NCBI RefSeq assembly: GCF_009914755.1
Contig: NC_060926.1
Length of the DNA: 64,000 bases
DNA from: the human T2T-CHM13v2.0 reference genome, Homo sapiens
Strand: one strand, 5' to 3'
Every line of letters begins with the position of its first letter. Position 1 is the stretch's first letter. This document shows, piece after piece, positions 12,031 through 27,349 of this stretch. The notes below the pieces were generated by a model that was not told where the DNA came from, searched no databases, and saw only the letters and a program-made list of their open reading frames with translations. The translations under genes were made by a program, and so were the position numbers.

Positions 12031-15000
12031 TGACCTTATTGGTATTCAGGAAAATGGTTTTAAATGAGTAAGAGTCTTAACTCCTAACTAGGAGTTACCT
12101 TGGAGAACAACTTTGGTGGATGAACCCAAGAAGGCAACAATACCATTTCTGACCTGGGGAGAGCATGAGAAAAACTAAGCTTATGTGAAAAAAAAAAAAT
12201 CGGTGCAAAGAAGTCACAAATTCTGAAATAATAAGTGATCAGAACCCATTGCTAATACTTGATTTCATTTTATATAAACAAGCTCTTGAGTGGTATCAGA
12301 TTTTCCATCATGTTTGCCGAACTATCATAAACAAGGAAGTAATGACAATGGTCCTAAGACTTGCCCAAGATCACTCAGCTTGTTCCTGGCAGGTAAAGGC
12401 CTGGTATCCTGGTTTTCTAAATATTAGTCTACTTTCTTCCCACCTTAGCACAGAAGCTGGATGTCTTCTTTTAATCCTTATTGCATTCATTTTTAAACAT
12501 CTGACTTAAAAGTGGCCAAATAGTTAGAACTCGGTTAAAATGAAATCATATTATTTTTTACTAAGTTAAAACACAATCTTGTCTCAATGCATATCTTGCT
12601 AAATTATCTCTTCTGTAAAATTACAAGCTATAAACACAAGTTGCTGGATCAAAAAGAAAAATATCTATTCACCTTTCCCCCATTTTTCTTGGCTTTATAC
12701 TTAAAAAATAGGAAAAAGTGGGGGTGGACAGGAAATTGTTAAAACAATCTTGAGCAGTTCAGAACCCTTAGTAATATGGTAAACACTCTTCTGGCACTAC
12801 TTTATGATTAATCAAAACCAATTACATTTCCCACCCAAGTCTTGGAACAGAGTCACAGGGCCCCATCCTAACCCTTGGTAAAAAATCAAGTTGTCCTATC
12901 TTTTTATAACCTCTATGAATCATGTCACAGAGAAAATGTTATAAACCTGATAAGAATATGCCATTATTTACTCCCTGATGACATCTTTTTTTAAAAATTC
13001 TTATTTAACAAACTTCTCTATTTTCCCAAAAATCAAAAATCAAAGACTAAAGCATCTTCCATTGTTGTTTGACGCCCAATTACATTTTGCTTCATTTTAT
13101 TATTTCGACGGCTAATGAATGAAAGTTTGCATTACTAGCCAGCACATAGTACAGTTCCACCATCTGTCTCCCCAATATGATTAAGAAATAAGCCAATTCC
13201 TCCCTCTCCCTCTGGTTCAGGCTTGGGCAGAGTTTTGTGTGTTTTGTTTGTTTGTTTATTAAATAGCTGGTTGCAATTTATCCTTAAACACTCACCTTAA
13301 TTCATGTCTTCTAGCTCTCCATCTCCTTCCCCCACCTGAAACTAAGACCATTTTTTCCCCTAAATATTGGTCAAGTAGCTGCCATAACTAAAAATATAGA
13401 AACCAAAATTATACTTAATGAGTTGTAATAAATTCTAACGTACATCAAGTGAACTATTTTTAAAAAGTTAACTCCTAGGACAGCCAGAGGAAACAAACTA
13501 AATACATATATGCAAACAGTATGTCTCAGGTAACATTAGGTATAAATGCAGGCATTTTATTTTATTAAAATAGATTCCATTTTTTAAGGTACACACTATG
13601 TAATCAATAAATTCTTATTACACTGTTTCCTCTGGGAGAAGCAAAAACCTTGCTTAAGAAGGGCACTAAGTTAAAATTAGGGAAATTGCATATTAAAACT
13701 AATGCATGAGAAGAGTAACAATTCAAAAGCACCAAAGAGCAGGATCAGTGAGCCATTTTAACTAAATTCTCTCCCAGTTCCCAGGGGACCACCTTTGTCA
13801 TTGACCTCCTTTTAAAATACGGACCACTGGGGTACTTGTCACTGGATCTGTTTCCAGTGTCTCAAGAGCTGGTCCGTCTAGACACCAAAGGAAGATCTTT
13901 CTGAAAGAAAATGTTAAAACACAGTGGTTTTCTGAACTCTTTCATGGTAAGACAACACTTGATAATATCAAAGGCCTTCTTTGTAATCAGAGACTATGGA
14001 TTGGACTTTGAAGAGCTGGACTTATTCAATAATGAAAGCAGTGTTGGAAAATATGGCTCCAAGCTACATTAGAAGCTGATTATTCCAACATGTAAATGAC
14101 TGTGGGCTTTTTCACATGCTTTCCCTCCAACCCCAACCCAAAATCTAGCCCTCTGTTTTGATTAATGACACTCTAGGGACTGATCCAATTATTACACCAA
14201 ATTGTTCTTTTTCACCCCTATATTCAGATATTTAGTTGAGACTAACTTCATTTTTGACAGAAATAAAAAAGAACAGAAAACAAGAAGCCACTCAAGAAGT
14301 TATTCTCCCCAACTCACACTGATAACTGATAGGGTTCATTCAATTGAAGGCTGAACCAAATTAAATTTTGTTTTTAGAAAATATTTTAACATGTTTACTT
14401 GCTGATTAATCAAATACCTACTTAATAATGAAATTAACCATGAAATTATTCAATATTCCTTAATATTCTTTTAGTCAGGTGAGAGGGTGCAAGAAGTGCC
14501 CGCCACATTCCCTTTGATTCCCCCATGCCATGAAGTTTGTCAAGAGCTGCTGCTGAAACTTGCAAATTGCTTTTCTTTGTGTTTCATTGTATTTGACTCC
14601 CAAACTTCTCACTTTGAGAAATTGTGTCGATTTAAGAAAGGGTCCCACCATGACTGAACTTCATTTAATGACAGGAAGAAAGAGGCTGCAGTTAAATTAG
14701 AAAGAGGCAGGGGGAATGGGGTCCTTGAAGCATCCCTCCCTTACCCTAGGCTTCCCTCCTAGGAAACCTGACACAACACAGCCCCATGTAGAGAACAATG
14801 CTCATCTTCTAGAGCCAATGGCAACAAAGAGGACCAGCATACTTCCCATATTGGCTGGAAAAGAAGGAATACTTGCAATAAAATACTAGCTCCCTCATAT
14901 TGGATGCCTATGTAGTAGGGTTAAATATCAACACATACTTCACTTTGGATGTTCAAGACAAACAAAATTCATTTATTTGTATATAACCAAACTAGTCGTT

Positions 15001-15114
15001 GCTTGAACCTCCACAATATGACTAGCATTAATTACTGTCCAAAACCCTAGTTTAAATCCTAACCCTAGTCTCTTATGATGGATTTCTAAAATTTTTAAAT
15101 TTTTTAATTTTAAA

Positions 15115-15900
<786 letters not shown>

Positions 15901-16168
15901 TTTCATTTCAATTATTTAAAAATGCATACATTGAGGTTCCATGAGAATAAGGAACTCATTCAAGATGATACTCCCAGTAATAGTAGAGCTGGTATTGGAA
16001 CTGTTTGACTCCAAACTTGTAATCTTTTTCTACTGTGCCACATCAGCATTCACTCAAATATTTAAACCACCCTGGCATTTACTTGGCTGGGTATCAACAT
16101 TTTCTGCTATACTGTTATCACGTGGTAACATCTGGATTGATGGGTTCTCGTTACTTGCAAATGCTGCA

Positions 16169-16507
16169 CAGTTAAGCCCTCCGTATCTGTGAGTTCTGCA
16201 TCTGTGGATTTGACCAGTTGTACACTGAAAATATTCAGGAAAAAAAAACTGCACAAAGTTCCAAAAAGCAAACCTTGAATTTGCCATGCACTGAGTACTA
16301 CATTGAATCCACATGAATGAAGTGTAGGCGTCGTATTAGGTATTAAAAGTAATCTTGAGATGATTCAAAGTATACAGGATGATGTGTGTAGATTATATGA
16401 AAATATGGTATTATACCATTTTATATAAGAAAGCTGAGCATCCCCAGATTCTGGTATCTGACGAGGGGTCCTGGAATCGATCCCCCATGGAAACTGAGGG
16501 ATGACTG
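16169..16507. mobile_element. MER2/MER2B (TcMar-Tigger MITE)
   Basis: TIRs CAGTTAAGCCCTCCGTATCTGTG ... CCATGGAAACTGAGGGATGACTG; internal AAGTAATCTTGAGATGATTCAAAGTATACAGGA. Confidence 0.85.
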
Positions 16508-16580
16508 TTTTTGCATTAGTCAATCTTTTCTCCCAATCAGATCAAAATTCTTCTAGATCCAGGCTTTATGCACAGTGATA

Positions 16581-16920
16581 CAGTAGTCTTCTTAGCCATG
16601 GGGGATATGTTCCAAGATCCCCCCAGTGAATGCCTAAAACCCTGGATACTACAAAGCTCTATATATACTTTCCTTTTCCTGTACATGCATGTCTATGATA
16701 AAGTTTAATGTACAAATTAGGCACACTAAGAAATCAACAATAACAACTAATAATCAAATAGAATAATGATGACAACACACTGTAATAAAAGTTATGTAAA
16801 TGTGGTCTCTCCCTCTCTCTCAAAATATCTTATTGTACGGTCCTCACCAATTTTTAACTGGTTGAACTTCAGGTAACTAAAACTGTAGAAAGTGAAACCT
16901 CAGAAAAGGGGAAACTATTG
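16581..16920 (+). mobile_element. MER44A-like (Tigger7 derivative)
   Basis: TA|CAGTAGTC...GGGGATATGTTCCAAGA; TGTAATAAAAGTTATGTAAATGTGGTCTCTC; end AAGGGGAAACTATTG; 340 bp. Confidence 0.85.
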
Positions 16921-17449
16921 TGCATTATAACAACTGTTATTTACCTGTTGAAGCATTTAAGACCAGCTATTCATGGAAATATATGTCCTGCCCACTGGGT
17001 ACTCTCAATTCCACCGAAATGCCACAGAAAACACAGAGCCAAGCCTTGACCCGTCCCTTGCCTAAGGAAACCCTCCCTTCATGTTTTCTTAACACTCTGA
17101 GCTCTCCTCCTGAGGTCACTGACTCCTCCTTGTTGTTTATGCTATCCATAGGAACTATGCAAAGCTTAGTTATTGGGTAGATATTTGATAAATTCTTTGT
17201 GGAGTGAATGATTGAACCTAATGGATTTTTTACCCTTGTTCATTCCCTGCATCTTTACATTTTCACTTCCCATAGACCTATGTATGCATGCGACTAGTCA
17301 GAGAAGTAGATACAGTGAGAAATGCCAGCAAGACTGAAGGGGCTATGTCTTCACATGCAGCTAAGATGCAAGTCCGCTGGTCAGATGTAAAACAAACCAA
17401 ATATCTAACTGTTCTTTTTGTTACGTTGAATGTCTGTATGCTTCAACTC

Positions 17450-17521
17450 AGCTAATTAGCTATGGTGTTTAGAACATTACCTTAATGAGGAAAGGTTCTA
17501 GATTCAATCCCTAACTTACCA
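17450..17521 (+). mobile_element. Degenerate tRNA-Ile-like SINE head (MamSINE1-like)
   Basis: AGCTAATTAGCT...TTAGAACA...TAATGAGG.AAGGTT...GATTCAATCCC aligns by eye to the tRNA-Ile(AAT)/MamSINE1 5' end; too decayed to be a tRNA. Confidence 0.4.
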
Positions 17522-18708
17522 CTGTCGGCTCCTGGCAGACTAATCTCTGCCAAGACAGCCCACTGCTCTCCTACTTGGGAGAGAGAGGATAGGACAATTA
17601 CCTTAATGAAGAACATATTTTGCATTGCCTCCCATATAATTTGCTTTTAAGTTTCTATTTCTCATTCTAATTCCATTGCCTTCCTCAACAAACTATCCTA
17701 CCTTCCCATTTTAATTGCAATGCAAAGCTTCCCTCAGGTTTGTGAGTCTAAAGGAAAGCTGACTAATTTTCAATTCCAAGAGCAAATTGTTCATGTGGAA
17801 AATGTTGGTTTAGAACTGGGTTCTGCCCAACTGCGCCACTTGTTTTCTTAGAAATGAGAATTTCCTCCCTTAGAAGCTAGGACATCTAAGCACGTAAGCA
17901 GGAACAATCCCCAGGTTGGTTGTCACTTGGATGCTCTTAACCCAATCTCTGCTTATCCTCGCTGCAATAGTTAGGAACAGTAAATCTACAGTGAACATAA
18001 CTGAAAACTGCACTGAAACAGAAACTTACTCTGGATAAATGTTGGAGGACTGGAGTTTCTTACTTCTTTCCTAGATGATATATATTTTTAATTCAGCACA
18101 AATTTTGCAAGAATAACAGCACTGCACAGAAACCACAGCACTCTAATTCACTCATGAGGATGCAAGAGCATTCATAAACAGATCGAAAGATGCTAGTCCA
18201 ATTTGAATTACTGCATCATATTCACTCCAGGGCCATCTCTATGTGAAGAGAAAGTGACATAAATTTTCTCCTAGGCAGGCTTGCACTGATCCTGCTTGGG
18301 GAGCTAACTGCACGGAGAGAGGCCGATTGGGAGAGGGCAGGGAAGCAGAGATGGGCACTCAGAGAAGTCCCGTTTTGCACATGGAGTAGAAGGAACTCCC
18401 CTGAATGTTAGCAAACAAATCTCAAGTGTTTTTGCTCAACAGTGGCAGAATACAAAATTGCATTTATGGATTCATGTGTTTGTAGAGTTCACACTCATCC
18501 ACAAAGAGAGGGGGAGGGAGAAAGAATATCTCACATGTGCAAGTAAATGCCACAAAGGAGAAATACACCTCACTGGCTTTTACTTGCCTGGTTAACAGTT
18601 TGAAGTCAGGATTGACACTATATCCAGATAATGCACAACAGGTCTACAAAATGGGTTATTTCCCTAAATACAGCCAGGTTTTAAATTAATGTAATAATTA
18701 TAATTATT

Positions 18709-19783
18709 TATCAGGGGAACCAGCCTGCAATATTTCAATGTAGGTTCTTTTCTATTTTCCCTAAGTGTTGGCCGGTCTGAGAAATAAAGAGAAAGAGTAC
18801 AAAGAGAGAAATTTTACAGCTGGGCCTCTGGGGGTGGGCATCACATGTCGACAGGTTCCATGATGCCCACCTGAGCTGCAAAACCAGCAAGTTTTTATTA
18901 GGGATTTCAAAAGGGGAGGGGTGTACGAATAGGGAGTGGGTCACAGAGATCACATGCTTCATAGGGCAATAAAAGATCACAAGGCAAACGGCAGAGCAAG
19001 ATCTCAAGGCAAGGGTGAAATTAGAATTAATGATGAGGTTCCATGTCCCACTGGGCACGTATTGTCATTGATAAACCTCTTAACAGGAAACAGGGTTTGA
19101 GAGTAGACAACCGGTATGGCTAGAATTCGCCAGGCTGGAATTTCCTAAACCTAGCAAGCCTGAGGGCACTGCAGGAGACCAGGGCATATTTCACCCCTTA
19201 TCTTCAACCGCATAAGAGAGACACTCCCAGAGCAGCCATTTTAGAGACCTCCCCCTGGGAATGCATTCCTTTCTCAGGGTTATTCCTTGCTGGGAAAATA
19301 ATTTAGCAATATTTCTCCTATTCCCTTTCTGCAAGAAGAGAAATATGATTCTGTTCTGCCCAGCCCCGCAGGCAGTCAGACCTTATGGTTATCTCCCTTG
19401 TTCCCTGAAAATCACTGTTATCCTGTTCTTTTCTAGGATGCCCAGATTTCATATTGTTCAAACACACGTTTTACAAACAATTTTTGCAGTTAACACAATC
19501 ATCACAGGGTCCTGAGGCAACATACATCCTCAGCTTACGAAGATGATGGGATTAAGAGATTAAAGACAGGCATAGGAAATTATAAGAGTATTGATTGGGG
19601 AAGTGATAAATGTCCATGAAATCTTCAAAATTTATGTTCAGAGATTGCCATAAAGACAGGTGTAAAAAATTATTAAAGTATTAATTTGGGGAACTGATAA
19701 ATGTTCATGAAATCTTCACAATTTATGTTCTTCTGCCTCTGCTTCAGCTGGTCCCTCCATTCAGGGTCCCTGATCCCGCAACA
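18709..19783 (-). mobile_element. MER11 solo LTR (HERV-K11/HML-8, ERVK)
   Basis: Minus strand starts TGTTGCGGGATCAGGGACCC; 1075 bp; perfect 6-bp TSD ATTATT (18703-18708, 19784-19789); minus-strand AATAAA at 18894-18899; internal ~80-bp repeat at 19561-19639 and 19651-19730. Confidence 0.93.
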
Positions 19784-20297
19784 ATTATTAATGTGATTAA
19801 TTTTATTAATACATAGTCAATAGTTAATATCATTTCCCATGTTCAGTCTCATGAGCTCATCTACTCAACTTCAGAACCTATCCTTGTCAAATGTGTCCTT
19901 AAAAAGGTCTTCAAAATAATAAAATTCCACAAATACATGGAGCATTAGGTCTGCTTTTTATTTTCTTGAGTAATCTGAAGCACAAACATTCTCTGATACC
20001 ACGCAAAAAGGACTCTGAATTGCCAAGACAGCTACTTTAAAAATAAATCTATTATTTTGGGGATAGATCTTTACAGCTTAGAGTTCAAATCTTGGGAGAC
20101 CTTGAAGACAACAGATGGCTGAATTTATTATTGGCCCCCATATTTATCTTTATTGGCCACTGTGTTTAGGAATAATGAAAATAATTTATAGTGAGGATAC
20201 ACCTTAAATTCTAATTAGAGGCCGTTCTCTTCTAGAAAACTAATGTAATAACAACCTGGAGCCTCTTTTCCCCCATTTGATAAAGATTAGTATTTTA

Positions 20298-20686
<389 letters not shown>

Positions 20687-21524
20687 AGATTTCTTCTCTT
20701 AATATGCACCATGCTTTTAAAAGTTTGAATCTAATGTTAGGTATGCCAAATGTAGCTCACTTTGCATTTCACATAAGTTAATATTTCTCCACAGTTGTAA
20801 CTGGCTCTTCATCAGATGGTTACAATCCCTAGAACACTTACTAAACAGGCCACATGCTGTCTGTCATGTTTCAAGATCTGTATGGGAGTTTGACTCAGAG
20901 AAAATTAAGAATTGAATGACTTGACTAAACTTGATTCTCACTGGCAAACTCACTCTAAATCTGATTCCCATTTTCTACATCTCACACAGTTTTTATTTTA
21001 TTTTATTTTATTTTTTTTTGACACATGTTTAGTCATTAAAGCTTGGAGAGGTCAAACTAACAGTCACACTGGATCTGAATAATGTCCAAAGCAGCACAGT
21101 AAGTAGCCGGTGTTAATCTGTTGCTAATTTTTTTGATGGAGGTGTAAAAGAAAGGCAAGAAAATCTAATTGGCTGTATTTGGGATAAAATTATAGTGTTA
21201 TATTTTCTGGACAAGAAGATGGAACAGTGGCAAAGAGATGCTTTAAGAATCCACAGTACTGGCCCATCTAGCCGCATGGATGCCAACAGCACATTCTTCA
21301 CTGGGCCTGCTATTTAATTTGCATGCTTCTTGTGACACTTGTTCCATGATATTTCAGAGTAGCTTCTCTTAAAGAAGCAGATATTGTAAACCACAGCACA
21401 TCCAGAAAAGTCGCTCTACCAAATCCTCTTTCAGCCTCAACTCTTGGGGCCATAATATGGTCAGTGTAACCTCAGGCCCTGTGCTCCCTAAGGGGCGTAG
21501 GTGGAGCTCAGCGGAGGCCCTCTC

Positions 21525-21680
21525 ACCACTATGCAACTTAGGACAGATCACATTTCCTGAGCCTCAGTTACCTGTAAAATGAATACATCCTCCCAGTCCT
21601 ACTTACTTCAGAGAGATGTTATGAGGATGCAATAAGACAAAATAAAAAATGCTATATATGTTGATACTTGTTTTTATTAT
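21525..21680 (+). mobile_element. MIR fragment
   Basis: CCTGAGCCTCAGTT...CTGTAAAATG...GTTATGAGGAT. Confidence 0.65.
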
Positions 21681-21887
21681 GGTTTTAAAGATCCAGGCTA
21701 TCTGAATTGTAAACCTTTTGGTGCTGATGTGAGAAGGGCAGAAAATTGGCTTCTTGGAAGCCCCATCCAATCAAGTTAACACTTTATGAAGGCCCCTACC
21801 TGCTTTGTCTCTTTTTGAGAAAGTTCAAGGGGTAAAGCACCTCTCTCCAAGTTTCAGCTAGTAATTGGTTTAGAGAATAATCTATTA

Positions 21888-22412
21888 TACTAGTTGGGAT
21901 AGGCTAGGTTATGCTGGAGTAACAACCCCAACCTCTCAGTGACTGACTTACTGAATTTCTTATTGACATAAAGTCTGGGCAACTTCGGGTCTGAGCAGCA
22001 GGGTAGTCACTTTTCTTCCATGGGTAGGGGGTCTATGTCCTGGTTTCCCAGGACAGTTCAGCTCAAGCTTACTGTCCTGGCAAATTATTAACAACACCCC
22101 TTTCAGTCCAAAAATCGTCCTGGTTTGGATGATAAAGATTATAATCTTCATATCAATGGAATGACTCAAATATTTAGCCTGCCCCACTCTCTCAATATGA
22201 AGTTTTCTCTATGGACAGGAAAAGATAAACTGGAGAATGTAGTATGGATTTTCACTGCCTCATTCAACAGCTGTCACTTCAGTTTAAGGGCCACTGGCCA
22301 GGACTAGTCACATGGCCCAACTCACTGCTAGGGTAGCTGGTAAACTTAGTCTTCTGAGTGCCCAGCAAAGAGAAGAGAACCAGATATTGGTGCTAATATG
22401 CTGTCTTCTATG
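21888..22412 (-). mobile_element. Old MaLR LTR (MLT1J/K/L-like) containing MER94
   Basis: GGATAGGCTAGGTTATGCTGGAGTAACAACCCC and CCAGGACTAGTCACATGGCCC motifs. Confidence 0.7.
22026..22152 (-). mobile_element. MER94 (hAT-Blackjack MITE)
   Basis: GTCCTGGTTTCCCAGGACAGT...AATTATTAACAACACCCCTTTCA...GTCCTGGTTTGGATGATAAA matches recalled MER94 reverse complement. Confidence 0.75.
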
Positions 22413-23429
22413 TGTGCATTGTGAGGACTGAAGATATATATGGGACTACTACTCAGTGACTGGCAGCCCAGCCTCGCTAACTTTTCAATTGTGTCCAGGT
22501 GACTCAGGGCCGAAATTCAAGCAGGGCAAGTAAGTGTTGCTCTTGGTGGCCTTTTCCCATTGGGTGTTACTTTTTTCCTCCGTTGGTTGACTGAGCTGTC
22601 ACTATTGAGGCTCTTCTCTCACCTCCCAGCTAGATATTGATTGTCACTCTCCTTTCCCTCATGCCAAATTGATCGCCAGCCTACACAATTACTTTCCCTG
22701 AGATCTCTGAATTGTCCACATATGCATTCCCTCTGGTCCGGAAATCTTCAGACAGACACCTTCAAAGTCTGTTTTGCTTTGAAAAATACACTATCAAGCC
22801 TTCAGTAAGACAGTTAATAGACATGTTTTTGATGCAGGCTATTTTATAGCAAATATCTATAAACATGGAAAAGCAGCCTGTACTTGCAAAAAACTTTATA
22901 ACCTTCCAAGATTCACTGGCAAGGAAAATGGAAGAGGTGATTTCTGTCCTGGTTTCTTGTAGTGTTGGTAAAAGGATACTTCTAATGTTTCACTACTTTT
23001 ACCCAATATTTATTGTTTAAAATACGCAACTTAAGACACCTCAACAAGTAGCATGCTTGATCTTTAGGAACACTGGAGTATGAAAGTCTGTCTAGATATT
23101 TAATAGGTCAAACTAAAAACTGGGGGAAAAAAAGTCAATTTAAAAGGCTGCCTCTATGTTAGATTGAAAACAAAACAAAACAAAACAAAAATGAACCCTG
23201 AGAGTAATATAATTTACACTGGGGTCTCATGAATGTGGATTTTGCCAATCATCAAAATCATCTGGTATTTGGATAGAAATTTTTCTGCCAGCAGCTATGA
23301 GAAAAATGAGATTCCTTCTCTTCTCCCCTTGCCTATCCAAACATCATGCATCCTCCAGGTTCCAGCTTAAGTCCCATCTCCTGTATTCCTGACAATTGTG
23401 GCCCACTGGAGTGTCTCCTTAGTCCTGAA

Positions 23430-23600
23430 ATATGTTTTCCCTGGAACATTTGCAGGAAGACACTGAGGACTCTTGCTAAAAGTCTAGATTCCTAGGTCTA
23501 CTTGAGACCTAGTAAATCCAAATATCTGAGAGTAGAGGCCAGGAATCTGTGTTTTAAATAAGAATATTCTTGGACATGAACTATGAGAAACTCCATTCTA
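23430..23600. mobile_element. MER5B-like (hAT-Charlie) within L2-like sequence
   Basis: AGATTCCTAGG...GGCCAGGAATCTGTGTTTTAAATAAG motif. Confidence 0.6.
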
Positions 23601-23939
23601 ATGTTCTCCTAACTTATTCATAGACTACCCTGGCATGGTTACATACGAACAAAATGATTTCATGTATGGGTTTCTTAGTTAACAACTATTCTATAAGCTC
23701 ATTAGGGACTCTTATGCATATCTCAAGTTTTTTCCTACTACCCACATCGCACAGTTGGTTAACTGTTTATCTTGTGTAGATGGAAATTCCCTAAATTAAG
23801 GAGCTATATATTGATTTACCTCATTTGAGGCATATTAGATGCTGAAAAATAAAAGGAAAAGATGAATCTAATTTTACTTCCAATGCTGGAAAGCTTAAAA
23901 ATAACACCTTATGTAATATGAATAATTGTTTCCTGATGT

Positions 23940-24560
<621 letters not shown>

Positions 24561-26602
24561 TTTTCAAACATAACTAATGATCTTATTCGCAAATTTTAAA
24601 TTGCTTATTATGATTTTCTTCATAAGAAATATGCTTTAGGTATGTGTAAAATAGTCTCTCTCTACTGAAAGTAAGAGCGCTTCATTTTAGTTTGGTATAC
24701 ATGCTGGCATTTTAATCAAACACAAAGCATTATAGATCATTGTCAGCCCACCTACTTAAGGTTCTTCCAATGGAATTACATGCACTTAAAGTTATGTTCA
24801 CTGCTACATACATCCTACATCTCAATATCAACCAGGCCTCAAGATAATGCTCCTCCAATGTGTACATATGCATATTTGCAGCCCCTGTCTCATTATAATC
24901 CATGTATTTGTGCATGTATTCCCAACATTTTTGGGTGCTCAGGTTTCCTTTAGTGTTTGGAATATGTTCTTCTTGACCTTGGATGTCTATAAGGATATAA
25001 AGAATAACCACATCAGAATATCTGTTGCTAAGAAAGAACTGCTATGATAAAACCAATACCAATAACCACAACATTCCCCAACCACAAGATTGACATTAAA
25101 CAATAGTCAAGTGTCTTCAAGTATTTTTTATCATGGAATACAAGCTTTTATACAGCACTTTTATTGTACATTCCTGATTAATGAAAAGGATTTTGGAAAT
25201 ACATTAACTTTAGGCCAAAATAGTGTCCATTTATTCTTAAATTGTCAATGGTACAAAAAAGAAAAAAGCAAGGATACTTGAGGGGAAAGGGCAGAGAATC
25301 TATATACTGAAACTAATTTTTAAAAAAATGTCTTTGATATTTAAAAGCAATAGAAAAAGAAGCACAATTCTCAGATAATAGTATAAAATAAAAAATAAGG
25401 AAAATTAAGCATTGATAAACACCAAATTCCCAAGTGATAGGATTTTTAAGATGTAAAGAATGAGTGATAATATACTACATTGATTAAGCTGCTACAGAAT
25501 ACCATGACACTATGCACAGATACACACAACATTATTTTCTATCTTAAAGCTGTGCTGCGGGATTTTTAGATCCAGGATTGTAAGTTTCTCCCCCCATCTC
25601 ACTACACAAACATGAGAAACTGTGCAGACCTTTGCTTTCTTTCCATCCACAGAATTTTACTGTAATATTGATAAAGACAATAGTACCTACGCTATACAGA
25701 TGTTAAAAATCAAGTAATAAGCAAGATAACCTGATTCCAGTTATCACTGCCTCCCTCAAAACAAAGGACTGCGCTGAAAGAAGAGCAGATTTAATTGTAA
25801 AGTGCGAAGACTTGCCCCAGATTGGAAAAGAGAGGGAAAGGGCCTGTTTTGCAGCAACCAGTTAGAACACGGTCCCCTAGGACTTAATTATCTATATCTT
25901 GTTAGGCTATAATAGGGGCTTAAAATGATATTGCAGGTTTTCTGCAACCAAGAAACTGATTAGTGAAGTTGAGTAAATCAATTGTCAATCTTCTTATGAG
26001 TGAACATGGACAGCAACCCCAGACTTCAATAGAGAGCCTTCATTATCACACAGCAGTTAATAAGCATGGCTATTTGAAGCACATCAATACAGAAGAAGGA
26101 GCTTGTATCCACATCAACTGGCAGTGTGTTTGGTGTTGCTCATTTCCTGATTTTCAGTTTGGACAGAAGGGATGATTATCATTCTGTGAACCACGTTGCT
26201 GATCTCCTTGCTTTGACACCATACTCTTCAGGGGAATTCAATATGTTCCTGATTATCTCAATTTCAAAGCCAATTAGAATATTTACAGATGCGGAGGCCC
26301 CTGAGCCCTCTTTTGCATGGCTATTGCTGGACCCCTTGCTTCCATTCTCTCTTTTCTCTTCTGGACCTCTGCTTTCATCCTGCCCTCTTCATAGCTGTTT
26401 TTATCTCTCCACCGGATCTTCTTTATCAGATGGCAAGCAAGTAAATTTATCCTAATGGATGCCTCCTTTGTCTCCTTTCTCCCATTGCAATCTATTCCTC
26501 TTTTCTCCCTTCTCCCCACTACCTGTTATAAAAAGGAATTTATATGTTCTGCTTTCACGTTTTTCCTCAACAAATGAACCTCAACAACTAACTTCAATCT
26601 GA

Positions 26603-26914
<312 letters not shown>

Positions 26915-27349
26915 TCAGAGTGGTTTCTTATCATCAATGGGCCTGAAGTCCTCCCCTTCAATGGCTTTTTCTGCATCTTTCTGGTTATGTATGTGCCTGC
27001 ACTGGCCACCCCTTCCCTCCTGAAGTTTTGCTCTCCCTTGCCTCCATGACTGCCTTCTCCAGAGTCTTCTCCTTCCTATCTCAGTTCCTACTTCCCTCTT
27101 CCATCAACTACAGATGGCCACACCCCTGTTTAGGATCTCAGTCTTCTGTTTGCCCTATCTGCTCATTCTGTCTCTCAAATCATTTACTGCCCCCTTTCCT
27201 TCAGATTTCCAAACCTAAATCTCCAAGCCTACACCTGTCTTTCCCATTACCTACTGGGCATACTCAACATGGGCCCCACCAGCACCTTGCTCTCAGCACA
27301 TCTACAGGTGCCAGTCACCATATGTCACATAGGCTCTCTGCCTTCTCTC

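Noticed and set aside
12078-12097. Palindrome TAACTCCTA-AC-TAGGAGTTA
   Set aside because: About one 9-bp-arm inverted repeat is expected by chance in a window this size.
13780-13920. Minus-strand exon after acceptor TTTAACATTTTCTTTCAG
   Set aside because: The frames I read hit stops, with no clear donor or recognisable peptide.
17450-17521. Functional tRNA gene
   Set aside because: Acceptor and T stems do not pair and the boxes are degenerate; at most a SINE relic.
19561-19730. ~80-bp tandem repeat as a novel element
   Set aside because: Internal to the MER11 LTR and, as I recall, part of the family structure.
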